Of a stretch of DNA of 64,000 nt, positions 47,801 through 59,800 are shown piece by piece. Made by a program: the position numbers and the translations under genes. Under the pieces are notes generated by a model, which ran no database searches, was not told the DNA's origin, and was given only the letters and a program-made list of their open reading frames with translations. Origin of the DNA: Macrostomum lignano (Eukaryota); NCBI GenBank assembly GCA_002269645.1, contig NIVC01000852.1, forward strand, positions 149,644 through 213,643, read 5' to 3'. Positions within the stretch are counted from its first letter, which is position 1. Each line of letters starts with the position of its first letter.

Positions 47801-50800
47801 GAAGGATAGGGGAGGGTGGCAGCTGAAGGATGGGAGGGTGGCAGCTGAAGGATGGGGGAGGGTGGCAGCTGAAGGATGGGGGAGGGTGGCAGCTGAAGGA
47901 TAGGGGAGGGTGGCAGCTGAAGGATGGGGAGGGTGGCAGCTGAAGGATAGGGGAGGGTGGCAGCTGAAGGATGGGGAGGGTGGCAGCTGAAGGATGGGGG
48001 AGGGTGGCAGCTGAAGGATGGGGGAGGGTGGCAGCTGAAGGATGGGGGAGGGTGGCAGCTGAAGGATGGGGGAGGGTGTCAGCTGAAGGATAGGGGAGGG
48101 TGGCAGCTGAAGGATCGAAGAGGGTGGCAGCTGAAGGATCGGGGAGGGGTGGCAGCTGAAGGATCGGGGAGGGGGTGGCAGCTGAAGGATCGGGGAGGGG
48201 TGGTAGCTGAAGGATCGGGGAGGGGGTGGCAGCTGAAGGATCGGGGAGGGGGTGGCAGCTGAAGGATCGGGGAGGGGGTGGCAGCTGAAGGATCGGGGAG
48301 GGGTGGTAGCTGAAGGATCGGGGAGGGGTGGTAGCTGAAGGATCGGGGAGGGGTGGCAGCTGAAGGATCGGGGAGGGGTGGCAGCTGAAGGATCGGGGAG
48401 GGGGTGGCAGCTGAAGGATCGGGGAGGGAGGGGGAGGCAGCTAAAGGATCGGGGAGGGGGGGAGGGAGGGGGAGGCAGCTGAAGGATCGGGGAGGGGGTG
48501 GCAGCTGAAGGATCGGGGAGGGGAGGCAGCTGAAGGATCGGGGAGAGGATGGCGAGGATAAGGGATTAGGGACACGAGATAAGGGATTAGGGGCTAGATA
48601 ACGGATTAAAAATGGCAGAGAACAGCCACTCTCCTCCCAAACTAACCAGCTGCTTGTCCTGCTCGAAGCCGAAGGTCTTGCAGTCGATAAATCGCTCGTC
48701 TGGTCGCCTGGCGTCGCCAATCTTCTTGCGCAATTCGTCAACAAACTCCTGCGGCAGAGACTGTTGGTGGCCTAGCAGACACTGGATAGTTCGCTGGACA
48801 AGGCAGTAGCGCCGAAACCAGGCCCACTTGGAGGCGCAGGGCGACTTATCGAGGTCGCTGTCGCAGGCTAATCCGCACAGGACTATCAAAAACGGGCTGT
48901 GCATCAGCTGCTTGCCGGAGCGGACAGCCGTCTCTTCGAAATCGTACTGGCGAGACAGCATGTCCGGCAGGGTGCGCAGCAGCGACTGGACTGGCGATTC
49001 GCGACCCTGTCGGAGGCAGATTAGAGTTGGATTCCCGTTACTGACTGGGCAGATGGACCAGGATTCCCCATCACATCAGCAGAGGGATTCTCCATCACAT
49101 TAGCAGAGGGATTCTCCATCACATCAGCAGAGGGATTCTCCATCATATCAGCAGAAGGGATTCCCCATCATACCAGTGGAAGGGATTCCCTATCATATCA
49201 GCAGAAGGGATTCCCCATCATATCAGCAGAAGGGATTCCCCATCATATCAGCAGAAGGGATTCCCCATCATATCAGCAGAAGGGATTCCCCATCATATCA
49301 GATGGATTCCCCATCACATCAGCAGAAGGGATTCCCCATCATATCAGATGGAGTCCCCATCACATCAGCAGAGGGACTCCCCATCACATTAGCAGAGGGA
49401 CTCACCATCACATCAGCAGAGGGATTCTCCATCATACCAGTGAAAGGGATTCCCCATTATATCAGTAGAAGGGATTCGCCATCATAGAAGTATCAGTAGA
49501 GGGATTCGCCATCATATCAGCAGAAGGGAATCCCCATCATAACAGTAGAGGGATTCCCTATCTCATCAGCAAAGGGATTGCCCATCATACCAGCAGAAGG
49601 GATTCCCCATCATATTAGTAGAAGGGATTCCCCATCATATCAGTAGAAGGGATTCCCCATCATACCAGCAGAGTGATTCCCATCACATTAGCTGAGGGAT
49701 TCCCCATTAAACCAGCAGTGGGGATTCCCCATCATACCAGCAGTGGGGATTCCCCATCATACCAGCAGTGGGGATTCCCCATCATATCAGCATAGGGATT
49801 CCCCATCAAACGAGCAGAAGAGATTCCCAATCATACTAGAAGAAGGGATTCCCCTATGACCTAAAATATCCTCAACTACTATTCCTCTTCAAAAAACGGA
49901 TCGATTGCGTAGGCCCACCTCAGCTGCTCCGGTCCGCTGCAGTCCCCGCACCAGCGCCCTGAGCATGTGCAGCGCCCACATTCGCTGATCAGCAGTTAGC
50001 GAATTCAACTGTGCGGTGGCGCCAAGAGCGGCGGCCAATCGACTAGCGGCAGTCGGCGACAGGGTGATGGCGGCCGCGGCAGCTGCCGGAATCGGTGGTA
50101 CCAGGCGGCGTAGCAGACGCTGAGCCATGCGGATGCAGGGCCGCTCCAGAACGCTGGCATCGCTGAGCACCAACACGGGCGTGGACGTCGGCATCACGGG
50201 GTGCACAGTGAACCGCCAGCCCCAGCCGTTCACAGACAGGTCCGAAGTGAACTTCCAGGCCAATTCGCAGCCAGGAACTTTGATCTCCTGCGACCAATCC
50301 GACCATTCCCGGCCGGACCGGACGGCTACAATGCGGCCGGCCCCATCTAGTATAGCCAATGGATCGTGCCGCTTCTCAGTTGAGCACTGCCGATCGAATT
50401 CGACGGTGAGCATCTCGGCGCCGGGGATGCAGACTATGCCGGAGAGGCTGCAGTCGTCCAGATATGGATGCGGGCTCTCCTGCACTACAGGGGCCGGCCG
50501 ACGGCCCTGGCCGGTGAGCTCGGAGTCGACGGCGGCCGCCTCCAGCTCGGCGATGCAGGCGTCAATCAGCAGACTGGCGACGCGTTGATTGGCGTCGGCC
50601 AGGCGTTCGAGCTTCTCGGCCAGACGGCGCGACGAGGCCGCGTTAACGGCCGGAGCTGGCGAGGTTGCCACCCGATCGCAGATGGCCAGCTTGAGTAGGC
50701 TGAGCAGCTGGGCGATGCCGCCGCTAGTGAGCAGGCGGTGTTGCTCGGCTTCATCTTCGGGCTCAACTGCAGGCGGCGGGCTCTCCTCCACCGGGGTGGC

Positions 50801-53800
50801 CTCTAGCGAGGATTCGACTTGGGCGTGAGTTGGCGAGCCGCTGGGCAAGTCCAGTCGAATGTCGTCGATGCTGGTCAGGGCGCCGCCGTCCAGATTCTCC
50901 AGAGTCTCCGAGCGCGGAGGCGCCGGCAGCGGCGGTGGTGGCGGCGAGGGTGATATCGGAGGAGTCGTCGGTTGCTTCAGCGGCGCAGGTTCAGCAGCCA
51001 GAGCGACCTCGGCGCTGAGGCAGTCGACGGCGGCTGAGCGGGCCAGACGGAGCAGGCGAGCCCGCAGCAGGCAGGTCAGCGCCGCCCGCTTGTCGGCCAG
51101 CCGCTTGGCGCTGAGGGTCACGCGGCTAAGCGACGGTCGAGACGGTGTTGTCGTCGTCGTTGCTGTCGAGGACGACGAAGCTGCGACCGGCTTGTCGGCG
51201 GCGGCTGCGGCCGACAGCGGCTGGGGAGCTACTGAGTGATCCCAGGCGTCGCGCTCCCAGGCGTCCATGGCGAAGGTCCTGCCGAGAGGGTTGCGCTCCG
51301 CCGCGAACGGGACCGGCTCGTGCGCCGGTGCGGCAGCGGCGGCTGCAGCGGCGGCAGCGGCGGCGGCCTGGCCAAAGTCGGCCAGAGTCCAAGCGACGCT
51401 GTGCGAGCTGCCGCAGGCGACCCGGGTGACCCGGTAGCCTTCCAGGCCTTGGACAAGGCAGGGCCGGCGGTTCACCGTGGTGGAGCCGTTGCCCTGCTGG
51501 CCGTGGTCGTTGTCGCCCCAGGCGTAGACCTGGCCCTGGGACGGTAATTTATGAAGATTAAGCTGGCATTGCACATTCGGAATAATAATAATGATATAAT
51601 TGATTACACCGGTCCCAACCGACAGCTCAGCCGCAGCTGTTTGCGCGGCGCATCTGAAGGCTGCGTACGGCTGTTCAGTCCAAGGACTGGGGGGTCGCCA
51701 CACACACACACGTCCTCAATTACCCCAGCTAATGCTGGCACCCATTTTACAACTGGGTGAACTCAAGTAATGATGCAGAGTTAAGTGTCTTGCTCAAGGA
51801 CCCAAATTGTTCCAGTGGGGATCGAGAAGCGAACCCCCGACCTTCAAGTCGCGAGTCCGACGCTCTAAGCACTAGGCTACATGTACATTAAATAGCCTTA
51901 TCGCTCCTTACCTGATCCGTGACGGCCAGACAGTGCAGAGCCCCAACGGCCACGTGAACAACTCGCTTATCGCGCAGCGCCTCAACCATGGTAGGCTTGC
52001 GCACGTGCTCGTCAGTGCCGTGGCCCAGCCGGTAATAGTCGCCCTTGCCCCAGGTCCACACTTCGCCACGGTTAGTCAGCGCCAAAGTGAACTGAGCCCC
52101 GCATTCGAGTTGTTCAACGCCACGACCGCACAACACGTCGATTCGAGCCGGCAAATTGCAGCCTTCGGAGCCGCCGCGGCCAAGTTTGCCAAAGTCACCG
52201 TCGCCCCACGACCAGACGTTGCCGTCTTCGGTTAAGGCGACGGTCTGGGCGTCCCGGCTGCCGCAGGACACCTGCGAGTGGGGGGGGGTTATAAGAAAAT
52301 TCGGTAAATTGAAAAGTTCGCGCATTCAGGAACTTGCTTAGCATACTACTTACATAACTTACAAAAGTAGGCTAAAGATTTATTTAGACTAGGAAAGGTG
52401 TGAGAGTAGACAAGGCGGTGGGACTAGACAAGGCGGTGAGACTAGACAAGGTGTGAGAGAAGACAAGGCGGTGGGACTAGACAATGTGTGAGACTAGACA
52501 AGTTGGTGAGACTAAACAAGTTGGTGAGACTAGGCAAGGTGTGAGAGTAGACAAGGTGTGAGAGTAGACAAGGTGGTGAGAATAGACAAGGTGGTGAGAA
52601 TAGACAAGGTGTGAGACTAGACAAGGTATAAGAGTAGACAATGCGGTGAGAGTAGACAATGTGGTGAGAATAGACAAGGCGGTGAGAATAGACAAGGCGA
52701 TGAGAATAGACAAGGCGGTGAGAATAGGCAAGGTGTGAGAGTAGACAAGGTGTGAGAATAGACAATGCGGTGAGAATAGACAAGGCGGTGAGAATAGACA
52801 AGGCGATGAGAATAGACAAGGCGGTGAGAATAGACAAGGCAGTGAGAATAGACAAGGTGTGAGACTAGGTAAAGGTTAGATAAATGTTAGGCTTAGAAAA
52901 AGTGAGACTAGAAAATGTTAGACTAAGACAGAATGTGAGATTAGACAAGGTAAGAGCAGACTACAACCCAATCTGTCTTTCACAAGCGCACCTGAACAAC
53001 ACGCATCGATTTAAGCGCTTCGACCCGCTTCGGCCGCATTTGAGTATCGCTATCGCCGTGACCAAGTCGGCCGTATTCGCCCAGGCCCCAGGTGAACAAT
53101 TCGCCGTTGAAGCCGACAGCGGCCGAATGCGAGCTGCCACAGGCCACGTCGACAATGCGGTAGGGCTTGAGAGTCTCAATTAGGCGGGGACGATCCTACA
53201 TAGACGACATTGTGGACACAAATTAGAGTTAATTTAATAGATTTTAAACATCATCAACTTTGCTATTTTTACTTGATTTTAAGTGTTTTCGATACATATC
53301 GGCTTTGAAATAATTGATTTAAGTTACTTTGACACATATCGGTCATGAACTCTACTTTATTATTTATTACTTCGATACATATCGGCTCAATTTTTTTCCT
53401 TAACTTTAAATGCTTTCGATACATATCGGCCAAAAATTTTTTCTTGATTTTAAATGTTTTCGATACATATCGGTTCAGCGTTTTTTCTCGATTTTTAAGT
53501 ATATCGGTTCCGAAAATGTGGCTTTCTTAAATTAATTAAAACAGTTTAACTTACAATAAATAAAAGTATGTGGACACAAAAAATAACCTACAATTTCTCA
53601 CCTGCGGCTCGCTAACTCCGTGACCTAATTTACCATCGTCGCATTCACCCCAGCTTAAAACTTGACCGTCAACCGTCAGTGCCAGACAGTGCCGACCGCT
53701 GGAGTGGACGGCAACCTTCTTTATCTGGAAATTTATAAGTTTTAGAGACAATTTAGTGCACGAGATTTAACGATACTATGTGCATACTTGTTTCGTTGGC

Positions 53801-56800
53801 TATCAGCATGTTTTGATTTTCTGCTTATTTTAAACGACTTTCGATACATATCGGGCATTCTAATAGGGTATAAATTTTAAGATTTTTTTGATACATATCG
53901 GCCATCCTTATAGAATGCGATTATGAAGATTTTTTCGATACATATCGGGTATTCCCAAAAGCAGCGACTAAAATGATTTTCGATACATATCGTCTTTTAC
54001 GAGTAATAAATTTCAATTGACGCGGTTCATTACCTTGTAGCCAGCCAGTCCGGGGATGATGGTGGGCACGCTAACATTATCGGCGCAGCTGCCCAAGCCA
54101 AGCCGATCGTTGGACGCCTCGCCGCACGCGTAGACGTCGCCGTCCACCGTGACGCAGAATAGGCTCTTGGATCCGCCGGCAATTTGAGTGCATCTTAAGG
54201 CGCTTAGATGCTCGTTAAATTGCGGCACCTTCACTTTGGAGCCTTTGGCCACGCCTAGTTGGTCTTTGTCGTTTAGGCCCCAAACAAAGACGTGAGTGCG
54301 AACGCTGGGCGCGTCAGGCTTGCCAGCGGAGGCGGTGGCCGCCGAGGCGGCCGTGGCAGTTGCGGAGGTCGTCGTGTACGCGGCAACTTGATCGTCCACA
54401 AGGTAGGGATAGATGGTGGTTAGGTCCTGCTGACGGTGGCCGAGGATTCTCAGCCCGTGTACCTGTGGTCGTCGGGTTCGGCAAACAATAAAATTTCCGT
54501 TTTGAAATTTGTATATATCACGTGACTTTCCAGAGCGATCATGTGCCTTTCTAGAGTCATCACGTGACTTTCCAGAGCGACCACGTGCCTTCTAGAGTTA
54601 TCACGTGACTTTCTAGAGTTACCACGTGACTTTCTAGAGTTATCACGTGACTTTTCAGAGTGACCACGTGCCTTCTAGAGTTATCACGTGACTTTCCAGA
54701 GCGACCACCTGCCTTTCTAGAGTTATCACGTGACTTTCCAGAGCGACCACGTGCCTTCTAGAGTTATCACGTGACTTTCTAGAGTTACCACGTGACTTTC
54801 TAGAGTTATCACGTGACTTTTCAGAGTGACCACGTGCCTTCTAGAGTTATCACGTGACTTTCCAGAGCGACCACCTGCCTTTCTAGAGTTATCACGTGAC
54901 TTTCTAGAGTTACCACGTGCCTTTCTAGAGTTATCACTTGACTATTCAGAGTGGTCATGTGACTTTCTAGAATCATCACGTGACTATCCAGGGTGATCAC
55001 ATGACTATCCAGAGTGATCACGTGACTACTCAGAGTGATCACATGATTATCCAGAGTGATATCACGAGCATCAGAAGAGCTTATCGAGTGAAGCAAATTT
55101 TTTAGCAGTATTAAAAATAAATAATATTCAAAGGACGAAACCCACCTTGGCATTGAACACGGTATCATCTCGACTGTCCATAAGCACAATTTCAACCATT
55201 CGATGGGCTCGATCGCAGTTCTGCAACAGCGTCAGCCATTCGGTCATTGAACTGCCGCGGCCAGAGGCGGCGTTGGCAGCGGTGGGATTGAATCTGGCCA
55301 CCTCCTTGAAGCCTTTGGTGAGGTCGCCAAGCGATACGATGACCAGCTTGGGCAAGTAGAGCGAATCGGCCAGGTCCAACTACAAAGGATGCAAGCTAGT
55401 GAATCAAGTTATGCACATTGCGCTGATTCTCGAGCACGCACTCATGCAAAGTGTACACAGCGACGAAAAAGGCACCTAGGCCCCAAAGTCGTTGCAGATA
55501 ACACAGGTATCAATAAAATAGGAAAGAAGTGACTCTAGACGACTCTACTAAAACGACGAGATGTCACGGTACAAAGAGTCAAAAAGTCCTTGAAGAGTCG
55601 CCTAAGAGTCAATTTGAGGCGTTTTATTGTCTGCGACTTTAAAAAAACTCTGGGGCGATGCAAGTGACTCTGGGGTGACGCAAGTGACTCTGGGGTGACG
55701 CAGGTGACTCTGGGGTGACGCAAGTGACTCTGGGGTGACGCAAGTGACTCTGAGGCGATGCAAGTGACTCTGGGGCGACGCAGGTGACTCTGGGGTGACG
55801 CAAGTGACTCTGAGGCGATGCAAGTGACTCTGGGGCGACGCAGGTGACTCTGGGGCGACGCAAGTGACTCTGGGGTGACGCAAGTGACTCTGGGGCGACG
55901 CAGGTGACTCTGGGGTGACGCAAGTGACTCTGAGGCGATGCAGGTGACTCTGGGGCGACGCAAGTGACTCTGGGGTGACGCAAGTGACTCTGGGGCGATG
56001 CAAGTGACTCTGGGGTGACGCAAGTGACTCTGGGGCGACGCAAGTGACTCTGGGGTGACGCAAGTGACTCTGGGGTGACGCAAGTGACTCTGGGGTGACG
56101 CAAGTGACTCTGGGGTGACGCAAGTGACTCTGGGGTGACGCAGGTGACTCTGGGGTGACGCGGGTGACTCTGGGGTGATGCAAGTGACTCTGGGGTGACG
56201 CAAGTGACTCTGGGGTGACGCGGGTGACTCTGGGGCGATGCAAGTGACTCTGGGGTGACGCGGGTGACTCTGGGGCCGCAGAGTCGTATCTGAGGCGTGC
56301 CAGAGTCGCTGTAGAACCACCGAGTCACGTCTAAAACGCATCTGCGTCACTTAATGAATTAAAATCATATTTCGCTTTTAATAACAACTCTATTTAGTCT
56401 ACTTGAGTTAGTAGAGAGAGTAAAACGCTAACACAGCGACCCTTGGACGACTCTTGCGACTCTGACAATTCTACAACTCAACTGATGCGCTCGCGACCCA
56501 TCAGTTCAATCAGTTCAATTCAAGTGCAAATTTTCACCTTGATAGACAGCCGATCGATGACGATTTCCTCGTTCATCTCTAGTCGAATCCAATGCCTGGC
56601 GCCTGAGGTCTTGGCGGCACTGCGCCAGCAGCCTCCGCCGCCAGCAGCCCTGGAGTCGCCGAGCATTCGACGCACGAGGTCGCCACGGCTTGACACCGTC
56701 ACCTGCTTGACGCAGTAGCCCCAGTGGGAGCGGCGTTTGCGGTTGCTGCGCAGTCGACGCCGACGGCCAGCGACAGGGTCGGCGCCTGCGGCTGCGGCTG

Positions 56801-59800
56801 TTGCGGCAGCAGCGCCTCCAACATCGGAGGCGGCTGTAGCGTCGCGTTGAGTCGCACACGAGCCGGCGCGCACCTGGCACGGATGGGCGAGTTTTAAAAT
56901 GTAAACAAAAACTATTTGAACTAACAAAGACCATACCGAATCAACCAGACACCGGAAGTGATTCAAGACTCAAACTGACAAAGACCATACCGAATCAACC
57001 AGACACCGGAAGTGAATCAAGACTCAAACTGACAAAGACCATACCGAATCAACCAGACACCGGAAGTGATTCAAGACTCAAACTGACAAAGACCATACCG
57101 AATCAACCAGACACCGGAAGTGATTCAAGACTCAAACTGACAAAGACCATACCGAATCAACCAGACACCGGAAGTGAATCAAGACTCAAACTGACAAAGA
57201 CCATACCGAATCAACCAGACACCGGAAGCTAACCAAGACTCAAACTGACAAAGACCATACCGAATCAACCAGACACCGGAAGTGAATCAAGATTCAAACT
57301 GACAAAGGCCATTCCGAATCAACCACACACCGGAAGTGATTCAAGACTCAAACTGACAAAGACCATACCGAATCAACCAGACACCGGAAGTGAATCAAGA
57401 CTCAAACTGACAAAGACCATACCGAATCAACCAGAAACCGGAAGTGAATCAAGACTCAAACTGACAAAGACCATACCGAATCAACCAGACACCGGAAGTG
57501 ATTCAAGACTCAAACTGACAAAGACCATACCGAATCAACCAGACACCGGAAGTGATTCAAGACTCAAACTGACAAAGACCATACCGAATCAACCAGACAC
57601 CGGAAGTGATTCAAGACTCACCGGTGAAGCATCAGGCGAGGCTATGACATGAAATTCGTGACCAGGCTGGTGGCCAGATTGGCCGCCCAGGTAGCAGGCC
57701 TCGCACAGGTTGAAATCCGGGCAAACTCGGCAGGCGTAGCGACAGCCGCGAATCGGCGCCGTCCAACAGTCGACGCAGGAGTAGCCGGCGTGACAGGCGG
57801 CCGGGACGACGGTCAGCTCCGACTGTAGGCAGCGCCAGCCGTGGTGCTCGGGAAAATCAACAATGGCTTCGGGCTGGCTTGCGGGCTGGCCGCACAGGGT
57901 GACCAGGACGCCAACGCTGGCTGGGGTGACGCTTCCCCAGCGGTAGCGGGGATTCGCAATCTCGGGTCGGACCTGCGGATTTTTTGGGGGAATTTTATTG
58001 AAAACTTTTTTCTGATGAATCGAAGTGAGAAAAGGCGGCCCCATTAAAGCATCGGAGTGAGGGAGGGGGCGGCCCAATTAAAGCATTGGAGTGAGGGAGG
58101 GGCGGCCCCATTAAAGCATTGGAGTGAGGGAGGGGCGGCCCCATTAAAGCATCGGAGTGAGGGAGGGGCGGCCCCATTAAAGCATCGGAGTGAGGGAGGG
58201 GCGGCCCCATTAAAGCATCGGAGTGAGGGAGGGGCGGCCCCATTAAAGCATCGGAGTGAGGAAGGGGCGGCCCCATTAAAGCATTGGAGTGAGGGAGGGG
58301 CGGCTTCATTAAAGCATCGGAGATGTGAGGAAGGGGCGGCCCCCTAAAAAACGGAGTGAGGGAGGGGCGGCTTCATTAAAGCATCGGAGTGAGGGAGGGG
58401 CGGCCCCCTTAAAGCATCGGAGTGAGGGAGGGGCGGCCCCTTAAAGCATCGGAGATGTGAGGGAGGGGCGGCCCCCTTAAATAAACGGAGTGAGGGAGGG
58501 GCGGCCCCCTTAAAGAAACGGAGTGAGGGAGGGGCGGCCCCCTTAAAGAAACGGAGTGAGGGAGGGGCGGCCCCTTAAAGCATCGGAGTGAGGGAGGGGC
58601 GGCCCCCTTAAAGCATCGGAGATGTGAGGGAGGGGCGGCCCCATTAAAGCATCGGAGTGAGGGAGGGGGCGGCCCAATTAAAGCATTGGAGTGAGGGAGG
58701 GGCGGCCCCATTAAAGCATTGGAGTGAGGGAGGGGCGGCCCCATTAAAGCATCGGAGTGAGGGAGGGGCGGCCCCATTAAAGCATCGGAGTGAGGGAGGG
58801 GCGGCCCCATTAAAGCATCGGAGTGAGGGAGGGGCGGCCCCCTTAAAGCATCGGAGATGTGAGGGAGGGGCGGCTTCATTAAAGCATCGGAGTGAGGGAG
58901 GGGCGGCCCCCTTAAAGCATCGGAGTGAGGGAGGGGCGGCCCCATTAAAGCATCGGAGTGAGGGAGGGGCGGCCCCATTAAAGCATCGGAGATGTGAGGA
59001 AGGGGCGGCCCCCTTAAAGCATCGGAGCTGTGAGGGAGGGGCGGCCCCCTTAAAGAAACGGAGTGAGGGAGGGGCGGCCCCTTAAAGCATCGGAGATGTG
59101 ATGGAGGGGCGGCCCCCTTAAAGAAACGGAGCTGTGAGGGAGGGGCGGCCCCCTTAAATAAACGGAGTGAGGGAGGGGCGGCCCCCTTAAAGAAACGGAG
59201 TGAGGGAGGGGCGGCCCCCTTAAAGAAACGGAGTGAGGGAGGGGCGGCCCCTTAAAGCATCGGAGTGAGGGAGGGGCGGCCCCCTTAAAGCATCGGAGAT
59301 GTGAGGGAGGGGCGGCCCCATTAAAGCATCGGAGTGAGGGAGGGGGCGGCCCAATTAAAGCATTGGAGTGAGGGAGGGGCGGCCCCATTAAAGCATTGGA
59401 GTGAGGGAGGGGCGGCCCCATTAAAGCATCGGAGTGAGGGAGGGGCGGCCCCATTAAAGCATCGGAGTGAGGGAGGGGCGGCCCCATTAAAGCATCGGAG
59501 TGAGGGAGGGGCGGCCCCTTAAAGCATCGGAGATGTGAGGGAGGGGCGGCTTCATTAAAGCATCGGAGTGAGGGAGGGGCGGCCCCCTTAAAGCATCGGA
59601 GTGAGGGAGGGGCGGCCCCATTAAAGCATCGGAGTGAGGGAGGGGCGGCCCCATTAAAGCATCGGAGATGTGAGGAAGGGGCGGCCCCCTTAAAGCATCG
59701 GAGCTGTGAGGGAGGGGCGGCCCCCTTAAAGAAACGGAGTGAGGGAGGGGCGGCCCCTTAAAGCATCGGAGATGTGATGGAGGGGCGGCCCCCTTAAAGA

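Noticed and set aside
49889-51760. Many antisense and alternate-frame ORFs over GC-rich exons (also 17578-19757, 59986-63624)
   Set aside because: They are shadow ORFs of GC-rich CNOT1 and HERC2 coding exons.
51820-51882. Possible tRNA genes (also 3924-3985)
   Set aside because: I cannot fold a full cloverleaf, and both heads run into SINE bodies with tails.
53288-53992. CRISPR-like repeat-spacer appearance
   Set aside because: The context is a eukaryotic intron, the core is only 15 bp, the spacers are related AT-rich sequences and no cas genes are present.
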